A model generated the notes under the pieces. It made no database searches. It saw only the letters and a program-made list of their open reading frames with translations, and had not been told where the DNA came from. The position numbers were made by a program, and so were the translations under genes. 64,000 bases of DNA from Octopus bimaculoides (lineage: Eukaryota), in NCBI RefSeq assembly GCF_001194135.2, contig NC_068984.1, forward strand, positions 49,603,859 through 49,667,858, read 5' to 3'. This document shows positions 38,701-53,537 of the stretch, piece by piece (within the stretch, counting starts at the first letter, position 1; the number at the start of each line of letters is the position of its first letter).

Positions 38701-39746
38701 ATGAGTAAATTCTAAAATACAAATAACTACGTGTATGATAAAAACAGGTATTTCAGCATGTCCAGTTACAAGTATTTGAACAGCAAAGATAACTAAAGAT
38801 ATATTTTTAAAGTGGAGTTGATTTTATAAAATGTAGGATTTATGAATCCTACATTTAATAAAAATTAACTCCACTTTCAGAGAAGGTTGCTCAATTGCTT
38901 GGTGGCAGTTGGAAAGAATTTCAAATGAGAAGAGTGAGATAATCTCAAGAACCAAGTAATTCTCTGAAATGTCACGCCACACATATATTATTGTTATTAT
39001 GGTAATGTGATTCATGTAATCGGTCTTGAAGTGTCACCTCAGGCCATTCTGGCAGTCATCAATTGTTATTGTTATCTGTCTCCCTCACTGTTTTGTAGCT
39101 TGTCCAGTTCTTGATGTCAACAAACTAGAAGTCTTTCCACTTCTTGCAAATCCCTTTCATTTGTGCCCTTGAGAATATTTTTGAATACGAGTCATGCAGG
39201 ACACGTATTCATATCAGGCAACCATTTGAAATTTAATTCTAGCTAGGAGCATATTTAATTACATGCTGCCTGAAAAGATTCTTATCTGATAATCTGTGCG
39301 CAAGATGTGTCATGATTTTTGAAGCACTTATGCTTTAAACAACTGGGTGCTTCTTCTTATAACTTGTGGAGTTTGAGTTTTGAAGAAATTAATGAACCAT
39401 CTTTCCCATATAATATTTAGCATTACTATGGCAGATGAAACCAAGTCAGGTATTGCTACTATTTCCTTCATTGAGGTGTTGTTCTCAAAATGGACCTGAG
39501 ATATAGTCAAATCTGATCAAAGCATTTACTAAAATATTTATTGAAATCAATTAATATGTGTTAGATGTTGAACTGACATTGGAAATGTTTCTCAGTTAGC
39601 AATTTGATCTTGAAACTCTGTACTGATTAGATCCTTCTTTTTATCTGAATGTTGTATATCATTCTGCAAAATGTTTTCAACCATCTTCAATCTGTTCAGA
39701 TGATCTCTCAGTACTTTACTGGAGTAACTGACAACACATACATACT

Positions 39747-39809
<63 letters not shown>

Positions 39810-40629
39810 GACGGGGAGGGGTGTACTGCACTTATATATCAATTTCAGCATGAGAAACCAGTTTTATCAATCAACTGCTTCACATTGAATTAGTATGCAA
39901 AGTGGCTAAGTAGACACTTTTAACCTTTGTGTAATTCTTAAGCAAAATAACCATGATGCAGTATGAGAAGGTGAACATTTGGATTAAAGGTATAATCCAT
40001 TCAATGAACATCTACACAGTTTCTGTCTTTTCAAATTCTCTCACAGTCTTAGGTCAGTATGATGTTAGAATAAAGACAATTGCTCAAGATGCCAAGTATC
40101 AGGACAGAACTCAGAATTTCAGGTTTGTGAACTGAAATTCTTGACTACACACACACACACACACACAAACAAACAACAGCACACATTATTATTATATATT
40201 TTGAAGTCATATTAAATTAATGGGTTCACAGGACAAATGAAAGCTGTCCAACCATGCTTGATCATCAGTATGTATTTTTGCATTAGGAACTATAGTATCA
40301 AATGTATCCTCTTTTTAAAGGTGTCTCATTCTGTCTTATTCTTTTGTTCACATTCTGTCTGTTTGTTTTGTATCTGACTATTTCTTCCACTCACTACTCT
40401 ATCTGGCTATTTCTTTCACTCACTACTTGTCTCTCTCTTTTTCATATTCTGTCTATCTCCCATGCTTCAATGAATTTTACTTAAATTTACTATGTTAGTT
40501 CATTGTATCAATTATTTTTATGCATGGATATATGTATATATTTACGTAAATACATTAAATGCATAGGAAGGCAGATGTTAAACGATGATAATGATGATAA
40601 TGATGATATATAATACATTAAATGCATTT

Positions 40630-40720
<91 letters not shown>

Positions 40721-41258
40721 GGCATATACATACAATCAGACATAGACTGACAGACACAGGTAGCTAGACATATTTTTGACAAAATGTGTGTATGTATGTA
40801 TCTGTGCATCTGTTGCATGTATGTGTGAGTGAGTGTGTGTTTATCAAGAAGAAACAGACAAAGAATGAGAACACACTTTCATGCAAACACATATATATAT
40901 ACATTCCATAGTCTTTTAACACATCAGCAATAATAGTCAATCATTTAGTTTCACTGGTACTGTACTCTTAATTTGTTTATGCTAAGGCACAACAATTATA
41001 TAGACAAATAAGTGCAATATTTTAACACAAGTGAGATATTCATATTGATATACACAAGTTTTATGATATATTTAACTACATGCATTTGCACACACACATA
41101 CACACATATGGAGAGAGGAAGTAGTTAATGAACATACACTGTGAAGAAAAGGAAGAGATATTGATATCTTGGACAAGTTGTTCTCTATCAAAATTCATAG
41201 AGAGAGAAGAAAAAAATTAGTCAGACAAAAAATGTGTAAATGTTTGCATGTGTGTGTG

Positions 41259-41318
<60 letters not shown>

Positions 41319-41334
41319 CTATGTATGAAATGAA

Positions 41335-41374
<40 letters not shown>

Positions 41375-41485
41375 TGCTTGTGTGTATGTGTGTAAATAAA
41401 TATATATACATACATATTGTGTAAAAATGTTTGTTTATCTGTATATATTAAGTACATATATCTATTTATGTATTTTGCATGTATG

Positions 41486-41537
<52 letters not shown>

Positions 41538-41680
41538 TATGTATATGGTAATTTTTTTTTAATAAGATCATCAGAGTAGGAGGATCGGTGCTCCAAACCT
41601 TTGCAGTCACTTCAAGATTGGTGAAACTGATACAGTTGTGCATACAAATATGTATGTATGCATGCATGTATGTCTGTACG

Positions 41681-41711
<31 letters not shown>

Positions 41712-43064
41712 GTATTTATATTTGATCTGTATGTATGCATATATGCATGTATTCATGTATGTATGTATATGTGATAGTAATTGTTTTTTTCTGTATTGAA
41801 ATGACTAGATATACCTCTAATTAAATTGTGTACAAATCAAAAGGTCTAGCTAATATATAATCTTAAGTATTACATAAATATCATTTGATATTTCGTTTTA
41901 TCACATACATTTTTTCTTTCATAATCAGCATATACATGGTAAATATCATATTTTGTAAGAACCACCTTTATTTTTTTCCCTCCATGCTCTTCACTTCATT
42001 AAAATAGTATATGCTGTTTTCAACTATCTTAATATTCTTAATCAGGATATTGCATGATGCGATTATAATGGATCAAACGAAAAAAAAAAAATGAAATAAC
42101 ATGTGTAAATTAACACAAATTATAAAATACATTTTGTTCTCTTCATTTATTTTTTCATCTTTCTTTCCTGTATTTATTTTATTTTTTATTTTATTTATTC
42201 ATCTTTTCAACATCTACAATTTAATATTACAATAATCAAATTATAGTTAAATATATTCTCAGCTAAATGATATAAATCTATCAAAAATCATGAAGTAAAA
42301 GAAAAATTATTTTCAATATAAAAATTATATGAAAATCGAAAGTAAATTATTTCTATTTTATTCATTTTTTAAAAAAATTTTTCCCCATCACTCTACAAAC
42401 AAATAAATAAAATAAAAGGAAGAAAAAATAGCAAAAGTTAAGTAAAATTTCTCCTATACATTTGTTTATTTATTTCTCTAAGCNNNNNNNNNNNNNNNNN
42501 NNNNNNNNNNNNNNNNNNNNNNNNNNNNNNNNNNNNNNNNNNNNNNNNNNNNNNNNNNNNNNNNNNNNNNNNNNNNNNNNNNNNNNNNNNNNNNNNNNNN
42601 NNNNNNNNNNNNNNNNNNNNNNNNNNNNNNNNNNNNNNNNNNNNNNNNNNNNNNNNNNNNNNNNNNNNNNNNNNNNNNNNNNNNNNNNNNNNNNNNNNNN
42701 NNNNNNNNNNNNNNNNNNNNNNNNNNNNNNNNNNNNNNNNNNNNNNNNNNNNNNNNNNNNNNNNNNNNNNNNNNNNNNNNNNNNNNNNNNNNNNNNNNNN
42801 NNNNNNNNNNNNNNNNNNNNNNNNNNNNNNNNNNNNNNNNNNNNNNNNNNNNNNNNNNNNNNNNNNNNNNNNNNNNNNNNNNNNNNNNNNNNNNNNNNNN
42901 NNNNNNNNNNNNNNNNNNNNNNNNNNNNNNNNNNNNNNNNNNNNNNNNNNNNNNNNNNNNNNNNNNNNNNNNNNNNNNNNNNNNNNNNNNNNNNNNNNNN
43001 NNNNNNNNNNNNNNNNNNNNNNNNNNNNNNNNNNNNNNNNNNNNNNNNNNNNNNNNNNNNNNNN

Positions 43065-43104
<40 letters not shown>

Positions 43105-44292
43105 TTTTCTTTCTCTCTCTCCCCCCTCTCTATTTATCTATCTCACTGTCTTTCTACTTCTATCTTTCTATCTTTCTGTCCATAAGTCTCTTTTGCTGCA
43201 CACAAGTTGGTCTGTGCTCTGTTGCCACTGTTGCTGCTATTTGTTACCTGTATTATTTGAGAAAAACGAAACCTAAATAAAAGGAAAGAGAAAGAAAATG
43301 CAAAAAAAAAAATATATATATATCAAATAATGTGTGGAATTCCAATGCAGTAAATGTTATGGTGTGTTAGTGTAATCTTTTACTGGTTCCATTCAATGGG
43401 ATGTATCCATACTAGGGCACCACCATCTATATTAAATTTACTTATGTATAAGAATTTCTTTTTGCCAGTAAATAAGTGTGTATATCTGTTGTTAACAAAA
43501 TGCATAATATTGTATGACTACATACATATATACGTATATATACATATATGTATATATGTTGGATATCCTTATATATATATACATATATATATATGTATAT
43601 GTATGTATGTGTATGTATGTGTATGTATATTTGTGTTGGTAATTATATATATTTATATATAAATATATATATATATACATANNNNNNNNNNATATATGTA
43701 TATATGTGTGTTCACATTTTATATCTGTGTACATGTTTGCATGTATTTATGTATATAAATGAAACTTCAGCTAGTGGCATCAGAGCAAAATAACTCTTGT
43801 TTACATTGTCTGCAGCTACTGCCTTACATTCATCTATGTGCTCTTTGCTAGATTTCAATAAAGAATTTCATGGCTAAACAGTTGTCTTATGTATAGATAT
43901 ACATATATATTTATTTTAATTTAAAAGTGTTATTTCATGTTTTGCATTCCAGCTCCATCTTATGTTAAATATGCCAAACATAAATGTATGTCTTATGGTA
44001 GAACATATTATTCATCTTACCAGATATCTTACAGAGAAAATATATATGTATAGCAAATTGAAAATATATGTATAATAATTTTTTTTTTATTTGCAAATGC
44101 CATAAAATGCCATGTTCCAGGTTTAATTCCCTATAGTTATTATTTCACATCACTGATATATTGATTTATATCATAAAGATCAAAAGTCAGGGTTAGTGAT
44201 AGCTTAATTGCTCATCTTTGAATCTATTGGTAGAACTTAAGAGGACTCCATGTCTATGATATCAAAAAAATATGCGAAAGAAGGAACTACTA

Positions 44293-44570
44293 CATCATCA
44301 TCATCATCATCACGATCATCATCATCATCGTTTAACGTCTGCTTTCCATGCTAGCATGGGTTAGACGATTTGACTGAGGACTGGCGAACCAGATGGCTAC
44401 ACCAGGCTCTAATCTGATTTGGCAGAGTTTCTACAGCTGGATGCCCTTCCTAACGCCAACCACTCTGAGAGTGTAGTGGGTGCTTTTACGTGCCACCAGC
44501 ACGAAGGCCAGTCAGGCAGTACTGGCAACAGCCTTGCTCAAAATGGTGTATTTTACGTGCCACCTGCATA
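44293..44570 (-). mobile_element. 5'-truncated RTE LINE 3' end with (GAT)n tail
   Basis: (cat)n cgtttaacgtctgctttccatgctagcatggg...ggatgcccttcctaacgccaac...gtgccacctgc. Confidence 0.85.
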
Positions 44571-46164
44571 ATAATTTAATTTGCCACCTATATTGTTATT
44601 TAATTTGCTAGAAAATAATTGAGGAATCACAATCTACCATCTTGTGGAAGAAAATCCTCAGTGGAAAAAAACTACATTGGAAAATTACAAAAATACATTG
44701 CATCTAATAATAAAAAGGTGATATGATCACAATTTGATTATAAGTTTGCTCGATAAGGGCTGATCTTAAGCTAAACAACACTAAAACTCTGTGTCAAACA
44801 TGTAATGCTCATTGGTAGTCAAGAGTAAACAGTAAATAGGATACTCTTTTTCAACACTTACATGGTTACAATTTAGCTACTGTAAGGATATGGAACAATT
44901 GAATTATATGGCTTGCATATGTTAAAGTCTGTTTTATGGCTGTCAACCAATTAGGCAAGATCTTATCCTAGTTTCTGTGGTATTTAAGTAAGTTAGAGTA
45001 CATGACTGCTTTCTGAATGAGATGTCAGTATATCACAAAACTACTCATCCACCCTCCTCACTGGTTGCTGCTGGTACTTATTTTCAGCTGAATGAATTTG
45101 AGCATTGTGTAATGAAGTACTTTACTCAAGGACAACACAACACATTGCCTGGTCCAAGAATCAAACCCATAAAATTATGATCATTATCCCAACACCCTAA
45201 CCACAACATCAGTTTTAATATTTGAACATATGATTTTATCATCACAGCCTATACATGTACAAAGACAGTGCCTTTGTTAAAAATTATTGGCAATGCTCTC
45301 ATTTAATGTCTCATTTAAGTCCTCTAAAGGACTTTTTCACTTATTCAGCCTACCTTTTGCTGAGGAAGAATTCCATATTAGGCATAATAAGTTTTACTGA
45401 AAATGCAAGAATACACAGCTTTCTTTCTTTCTTTTTTATGGTCTGGCAATGGGAGAGTCAAGAAGATATTTGCTCGACTGTTTTTCACATTCTAGATGTC
45501 CATAATGACATGGTTATCATGCAGTTGCCTACAAACACTGAAACAGTTGTTTAATATATAATATAAGGAAGCTGAACAGAACAACAAATTTGCTTCGTTC
45601 CAATTTGTTTTATCGTTGGATTAAGCAATTAAAACAATGGAACCTACAGTGATACCTAAAAAGCCGATATCTTAAGAAAGTTTTGAAAACTAGGATATGT
45701 ATAATTATATAATTTGTTGATGGCATTGCTAGTTTCATCAAATATATCAAATGTTTTGGAGATGGAAAAAATCTTTTTTAAAGACATCCTTTTAATTACT
45801 GATGAATTTAACTAAAAGATACAGATATGGCATAAATCTTTACCGGAGTAGAAACAATGATCTATCAAAATAATATTCCAATATGATCTTTTAGATGATC
45901 ACCATTATTCATCATTGTTTTAACATTTATTTTTCCTTTCTAGTATAAGTTAGAAAAAAATTGTTGAGGCAGATTTTCTACAGATGGATGCACTTCCTGT
46001 TACTAACCCTCACCTGTTTCTAAGAAAAATAATATTTCTGCCTAGTTTGGACATGCTTTAATGGGAGATTGCAAACAAATGATACTTCTTGTATGGCACT
46101 GACTTTTATCTACAATTAGCAACAGAAGTCATGACAAACACACACACACACACACACAAATGTA

Positions 46165-46325
46165 TGTGTGTGACAGCTTCTTTTCAATTTCTGTCTACCA
46201 AATTCACTCACAAGGCTTTTGCTGGCCTGGGGCTATAGACAACACTTGCCCAAGCTGTTGGCACAATGGGACCAAACCTAAAACTGGGTGGTTGGGAAGC
46301 AAATGTCTTAACCACACAGCCACAG
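46165..46325 (-). mobile_element. tRNA-derived SINE, diverged copy
   Basis: tgacagcttcttttcaatttctgtctaccaaattcactcacaaggc...aaccacacagccac, the reverse complement of the 9811 family. Confidence 0.75.
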
Positions 46326-46952
46326 CTGCACTTACTCTATCACATAAGCCCATGTTTTAATGAACTGAAGTCTATAGACTTAAGTGCACCACACAAATAT
46401 ACCTTTTTAAAAGACTACTGGATGTAATTTGAAGAATATTTAACTTCTGTTTCAAGCAATTTTGAAAGATCCTGTCAATGTCTATTTGTTGGTTTATGAG
46501 GAGAATAGTTTGTTACTAATGACTCTCACACACACCCTGTCTCTATCATCATTTCTAAACAACTAGATATATACACAGCACACTAACATAAATACTGTTA
46601 CAACTACACAACTCTAAAAGTTCTATCCAATTCCTTCAACTAACTAACTAGCTAGCTCGCTCACTCGCTCCCTCGCTTGCTCACTCATTCACTCAATCAC
46701 AAGCCATGGGCTAAGGTGAGATCATAGTCTCTTGATCTACAAATTTTGCTCAAATTTCTACCAATCATCTTGGACTACATTCGATAATGTGGTCTTAGAT
46801 ATACAATCACTGAGAAAAGGATGGGATGCCAGTCTTACTAGGAACATATTTGATCTTTTGTCTCCTTTGTCAAAGCTCAGAGGTCTAAAAATAAGAACAT
46901 ATTGGCCATCTCAGTGTCAAGGTATATTTAGTCAAAGCCGGCTTGTAACATG

Positions 46953-47870
46953 TATCATCATCATCATCGTCGTCGTTTAACGTCCGCTTTCCATGCTAGC
47001 ATGGGTTGGACGATTTGACTGAGGACTGGCAAACCAGCAGGCTGCACCAGGCTCCAATCTGATCTGGCAGAGTTTCTACAGCTGAATGCCCTTCCTGATG
47101 CCAACCANNNNNNNNNNAGGACTGGCAAACCAGCAGGCTGCACCAGGCTCCAATCTGATCTGGCAGAGTTTCTACAGCTGAATGCCCTTCCTGATGCCAA
47201 CCACTCTGAGAGTGTAGTGGGTGTTTTTACGTGCCACCTGCACGGGAGCCAGTCCAGCGGCACTGGCAACGACCTCGCTCGAATGATTTTCTAACATGCC
47301 ACCAGCATAAGTGCTAGAAGGCGACGCTGGTAACGATTCCGTTCAAATGGTGCTATTTACAGGCCACTAGCATGGAAGCCAGACAGCTGCTTTGGCAATG
47401 AACATACTCGGACAGTGCTGTTAGTGCTCCACTGGCGCAGGTGCCAGTCATCAAGTATGGTTCAATTACGATTTCGATTTCACTTGCCCTAACAGGTCTT
47501 CGCAAGTAGAGTTTAGTGTCCAATGAAGGAGAGGTAGACATGGGTGCCAGTCATCGGATTCAGTTCAATTTCAATTTCAGATTCCAGATTTCAAATTGCA
47601 AATTCACTTGCCTCAACAGGTCTTCGCAAGCGGAGTTTATAGTGTCCAATTAAGTAAAGATACGAATAAGTGAGCTGGCTACACTTCTGGCAGAGGCCAC
47701 AGATTATGCTCCAACTTGCCTTGCCGGGTCTTCTCACATACTGCATATTTCCAAAGGTCCCGGTCACTGGTCATTGCCTCGGTGAGGCCTAAAGTTCGAA
47801 AGTCATGCTTCACCACCTCATCTCAGGTCTTCCTGGGTCTACCTCTTCCACAGGTTCCCTAAACTGCTAA
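46953..47870 (-). mobile_element. 5'-truncated RTE LINE: ORF2 C-terminus, 3' UTR and (GAT)n tail
   Basis: 47700-47870 reads on the minus strand as GTCGRGRPRKT...VVKHDFRTLGLTEAMTSDRDLWKYAV (RTE C-terminus), followed by a repeat-containing 3' UTR and the tail; 47029-47107 is duplicated across a small gap. Confidence 0.88.
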
Positions 47871-48148
47871 ATCTATTTCTCTCAGTTTACTTTTAATTCT
47901 ACCATTACATTGTATGTACCAAATCACACACATACACACATGTATTCAAAGGTGCAAATATGTTTGTATGTGTGTGTGCGTGTGTGTGTGTGTGTGTATG
48001 TATATATGTAAATTATTATATTTTTTTTTATAGGTACATTAAATAACCATTTGTTTAGCATTCAATATATTATATTACACTCCAATACACACACTCACAA
48101 GAATCTATTCATACTTATATATATATAAATACACTTTCATAGGATGCA

Positions 48149-48460
48149 GGGGAGGCACATAGCTTAGTGGTTTGGGTATTTGGCTTACACTTGTAAGATT
48201 ATGTGTTCAATTCCTAGTGACACATTGTACCATTAAGCAAGACACTTTATTTCATATTGCTCCAGTCCACACAGCTGGCAAAGGTGTGTTGCACCTGTAT
48301 TTCAAAGGGCCAGCCTTGTTACACTGAATCTCTCTGAGAACTATGTTAAGGGCATACATGTTTGTGGAATGCTCAGCCACTTGTATGTTAATTTCATGAG
48401 CAAGTGCTTCCATTGATCAAATCTACTAGAATGCTCATCATCATAACCAACAGAGCGTCA
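48149..48460 (+). mobile_element. tRNA-derived SINE (third family)
   Basis: ggaggcacatagcttagtggtttggg (A box)...gttcaattcc (B box)...gcaagacactttatttcatattgctccagtccac. Confidence 0.65.
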
Positions 48461-48749
48461 GTTATGATCCGGGTGTACAGGCTGTAATAACTAAGGAGTA
48501 AAAACATCATGGTACAATGATTAAACAACAAAGAGCATCAAACCGATTAGTTTAATCATTCCATTCTTTTCCTATGGTTTTTGCTTTCCTGGTTATTTAG
48601 TCATTGCTCATTCACACATATGTGAGCATAGATGTGTGTTTGTGTGTTTGTGTGCATATGTGTGCAATATATTTTTAACTGATATTATTCTCTCACAAGA
48701 AAAAGATAGCAGTTTAATTAAACAATACATGATATAAACCATGTGTTGA

Positions 48750-49161
48750 GTGGTCTCTCTTTACTCTTTTAGTCTTTTACTTGTTTCAGTCATTTGACTG
48801 CGGCCATGCTAGAGCACCACTTTTAGTCAAGCAAATCGACCCCAGGACTTATTCTTTGGAAGCCTAGTACTTATTCTATCGGTCTCTTTTGCCGAACCGC
48901 TAAGTTACGGGGACATAAACACACAAGCATCGGTTGTCAAGCGATGTTGGGGGGACAAATACAAACACACAAACACACACATACACATACATATACATAT
49001 ATATGACAGGCTTCTTTCAGTTTCCGTCTACCAAATCCACTCACAAGGCTTTGGTCGGCCCGAGGCTATAGTAGAAGACACTTGCCCAAGGTGCCACGCA
49101 GTGGGACTGAACCCGGAACCATGTGGTTGGTAAGCAAGCTACTTACCACACAGCCACTCCT
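48750..49161 (-). mobile_element. Young composite SINE
   Basis: cagtcatttgactgcggccatgc...gccgaaccgctaagttacggggac part, a CA-rich spacer, then tttcagtttccgtctaccaaatccactcacaaggc...gtgggactgaacccggaaccatgtggttgg (tRNA-like head on the minus strand). Confidence 0.85.
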
Positions 49162-49934
49162 GTTCATTTATTGTTTACAAACTATAACATGTGTGTGGGT
49201 GTGTGTAAGTATATCCATCTGGCTGAAATCTCTCTAGAGCTATTAAAATGTATCCATTTAATCTTTACATTCTTTACCGATGGAAAAGGCATAAAGCTGT
49301 AAAAAAATGCAGGAAAAGTGATAAGAAATGGTGGCATTGACTTTGCAAGCAACAGCAAAGGCAACCCATCTAGGAAAGGAGTTATTCTAGATACAAAGTA
49401 AAGCAAAACTTCAAATATATAGGAAGACAGAGAAGAAACACTCTAGCCACAGCAGTGAGACTTTTTAGTATAGAAGGTACAATAAAATACTCCCAGAACA
49501 CACTGCAATGTAAATGGCAGTAGACATATCATCTATCCATGAAAACCCATACCTAACTACGACATAGGCTGCAACAGAAGTGAACAGTTACTTCTGCTCT
49601 TATGCATGGGTGAGGGGCCAAAGGACTGCAACAGATGGTAATACATGGTGCTGGAAAGGACTCATAAGAAATTGATGTTCATGATGGAGACAATGAGTAG
49701 AAAAGAGGATGATGTCAATTTTGTACATATATATGTATACATACATACATATAATTCAATAATAGGATAAAGTCTTTATAAGAATTTATCAAGTAGCTAG
49801 CGTGAAAAAACCTCAAAAGGGAAAAATCCATCATTTAGTTCCGAAAATATATTTATGTATATAAGGGCATTACTATACATGAATGCCTCACGCTAAGAAG
49901 GACTCTAAGGTCAAACTACCATAATAAACACATT

Positions 49935-50014
<80 letters not shown>

Positions 50015-50176
50015 NNNNNNNNNNNNNNNNNNNNNNNNNNNNNNNNNNNNNNNNNNNNNNNNNNNNNNNNNNNNNNNNNNNNNNNNNNNNNNNNNNNNNN
50101 NNNNNNNNNNNNNNNNNNNNNNNNNNNNNNNNNNNNNNNNNNNNNNNNNNNNNNNNNNNNNNNNNNNNNNNNNNNN

Positions 50177-50266
<90 letters not shown>

Positions 50267-50320
50267 GTATAGATATACATACATAGAATATATATATGTA
50301 TGTATGTGCATGTGTATGTG

Positions 50321-50360
<40 letters not shown>

Positions 50361-52256
50361 ATATATATATTTACATATATACATATGTCATCATATTTTC
50401 TTGTCATGATGTATGCAATTCAGATGTATTTTCTATATCTACAAAAGTTATTTCTAATATCACACATGCTTGTGCATACACACACACACACACACACATA
50501 AAAAGAGAGAGAGAGAGAGAGGAAGAAACATACACACACATAGCATGCATACAAACATATGTGTATTGATGCTGAATAAGTTGGTTAAAAAACTTTAACC
50601 TTTTATCATGTGTATTACATTTTGTTACCTAACATCAATCCATTCTACTTGATGCATATTATATTCACTGGATTTTGACAATGAATGCCTTGACTTAGGG
50701 GAATATATTTTTAAGACAGATAATAAAATGTGTCTCTTAGAATGTAGCAAGGCATTCAATCGTTTGACAGTTAAGCACAATAAGTCTGCAGAAAATGCCA
50801 GTAATTTGTCTGCCCACGAATCTTCATTGTACACAGACAAGTAATCAGGAGAATAAGCTCATGCTTTTTGCATGAGGAAAATGAAGATGAAAGTTTGCTA
50901 CATACTGTTTCTAACAATCCATATTTCTTTTGGAACTGCTATACTGTTCCTCTCACTTTTCTATTTATTTAATTTATTTATTAGCTGTGTGTTTGTTATC
51001 TGACGAACCTTAAAAGAAATCTTGGTTACTTACATATTATTCCTCTTATGAGAGTGTCATTTTTTGTGTGTGTATGCATGTTAATAGTTAAAAGATAGTT
51101 AAAAGAATTTAGATATGTTGTTAATAATGTTGATAAAAGAAATTTCCTTTTATTTGGATTAATACATAGCAGGATATTTCAAATAAGTTTAGAGTTTATT
51201 TTTACCAAATTAAAGATAAAGTTGGTTTGCTTTTTAACATTTTGGTCTTCTCAGTGAGGAATTTTGTAAATAATGGCATTTATAACAACAACAAAAGGAT
51301 ACAACTCCCAACATATGGAAAGTAAAAGATACTGTAAACACAGAGACTTGCAATAAAATAAAAAAAAAATGTATTTCTTTGTCACAGAATATTCTTTGAA
51401 AAATTATTGACAAAGACAAATTTTTTTAGCAATATTTGTAGTATGCACACACAAGCTGCTCTGAATGAAGGTGCTCTTAAATCAGAATTTGTTTTATTTA
51501 TTTTTTGAGTATCACTGCACACAAGAATTGAAAATAGGTGATTTTGCACAAATGAGGTCAGCATGTCAAATCTATTTAACCAAGAAAAACATTATTCTTT
51601 CTGAGCACTTTAAAAAGGAATGAGAAAGAAACAAAACATGAAATATGTCTTCATTACTAGGGACATGGAGGTGTTCCTTATATAGCAAAACGGTAGTTGT
51701 ATTTAGCGCCAGTCGAAGTTTGAAAGAATATTGTCTCATTTAACCAAGGTAAATTACTACCCCATGTTTATACAAGTACTTTTCAAAAATGATGATGCAA
51801 CAAGAAAACAGGCCAAGAAAACACAATATACAGTTGCTCATATACATCATCATCATCATCATCATTACATGTGCCACAATAACTGGAGTGGTAAGAATTG
51901 GATGGTTAAGAATGCTGGTAACAACAATGATACTAACTCATCATCACCTTCTTAATAAGCGGCTAATGAGTTCTGAGATCAAGGAAAATGATGTGGTCAG
52001 GTGAGTTCTCAATGGGCATTCAAGCTCTCATGGATCTTGAAGACAGGAAAACTATCCCAGAAATGATACCAGTTGTGAGTGTAAAGGAAAGCGCAATGAG
52101 ACCACAAATTCAGGACAGCAAGCTTTGTTCCTTACACATGCAACAATAAAAACCATTTGAGGGTGCTCTACCCATAGGAGCAGTGAAAACAGTATGAAGG
52201 AAAACATCAGCAGAAATATTGACATCAAGCCCCTCCAAAATGTTATTGTTTTAAAG

Positions 52257-53537
52257 CAGGGGTTTTCAAACTGTGGTCTGCAGACCACAGGGGGTCCTCA
52301 AGGACAAGACAGGGGGTCCGTGGACAGCAAATACTTTTTATGGGCAATTTGATTTTATCATCATCATCATCATCATCATCATCATTTAACGTCTGCTTTC
52401 CATGCTAGCATGGGTTGGATGATTAGACTGAGGACAGGTGAAACCGGATGGCAACACCAGGCTCCAATCTAATTTGGCAGAGTTTCTACAGCTGGATGCC
52501 CTTCCTAACGCCAACCACTCAGAGAGTGTAGTGGGTTCTTTTACGTGTCACCCGCACGTGGGCAAGTCAGGCGGTCCTGGCAACGGCCACGCTCAAAATG
52601 GTGTCTTTTATGTGCCACCTGCACAAGAGCCAGTCCAGGGGCACTGGCAACGATCTCGCTTGAAAATCTTATGAAGGCCAGTCAGGCGGTACTGGCAACG
52701 GCCACGCTCAAAATGGTGCATCCCATGTGCCACCCGCACAAGAGCCAGTCCAGGGGCACTGGCAATGATCTCACTTGGCTTTCCGGGTNNNNNNNNNNNN
52801 NNNNNNNNNNNNNNNNNNNNNNNNNNNNNNNNNNNNNNNNNNNNNNNNNNNNNNNNNNNNNNNNNNNNNNNNNNNNNNNNNNNNNNNNNNNNNNNNNNNN
52901 NNNNNNNNNNNNNNNNNNNNNNNNNNNNNNNNNNNNNNNNNNNNNNNNNNNNNNNNNNNNNNNNNNNNNNNNNNNNNNNNNNNNNNNNNNNNNNNNNNNN
53001 NNNNNNNNNNNNNNNNNNNNNNNNNNNNNNNNNNNNNNNNNNNNNNNNNNNNNNNNNNNNNNNNNNNNNNNNNNNNNNNNNNNNNNNNNNNNNNNNNNNN
53101 NNNNNNNNNNNNNNNNNNNNNNNNNNNNNNNNNNNNNNNNNNNNNNNNNNNNNNNNNNNNNNNNNATACAGTCTGCCTTTTACTCTGAGTGAGAGTCCCT
53201 TTGTCGCTAGCAGGGGTAAGAGCTCTCTAAACTTTGCCCAGGCTATTCTTATTCTCGCAGCTACACTTTCAGCGCACCCACCCCCACTACTAACTTGGTC
53301 ACCCAGATAGCGGAAGCTATTGACTACCTCTAGTTTTTCTCCCTGGAATGAGATATATGTTTTTTAATCGAAATCTTTTAATTGACAATAAACCTATTTG
53401 TTAAATACTGTTAAATAAATAAATGTAAAAATATATGTTATTTCAAGCAAATATTTATGTATAAATTTCATAAGCGTTTATAAGGTAAAGCCTAAAATAT
53501 AATGGGGTCCGCAAGTCAAAAAGTTTTAAAAAACCTG
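52257..53537. mobile_element. hAT (Charlie-like) non-autonomous element with nested RTE insertion
   Basis: Termini caggggttttcaaact and agttttaaaaaacctg; exact 8-bp TSD ttttaaag at 52249-52256 and 53538-53545; subterminal ggggtcc motifs at both ends. Confidence 0.88.
52358..53345 (-). mobile_element. Young 5'-truncated RTE LINE
   Basis: 53166-53345 encodes an uninterrupted QGEKLEVVNSFRYLGDQVSSGGGCAESVAARIRIAWAKFRELLPLLATKGLSLRVKGRLY (RTE RT thumb region); 3' UTR and (GAT)n tail on the other side of the gap. Confidence 0.92.
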
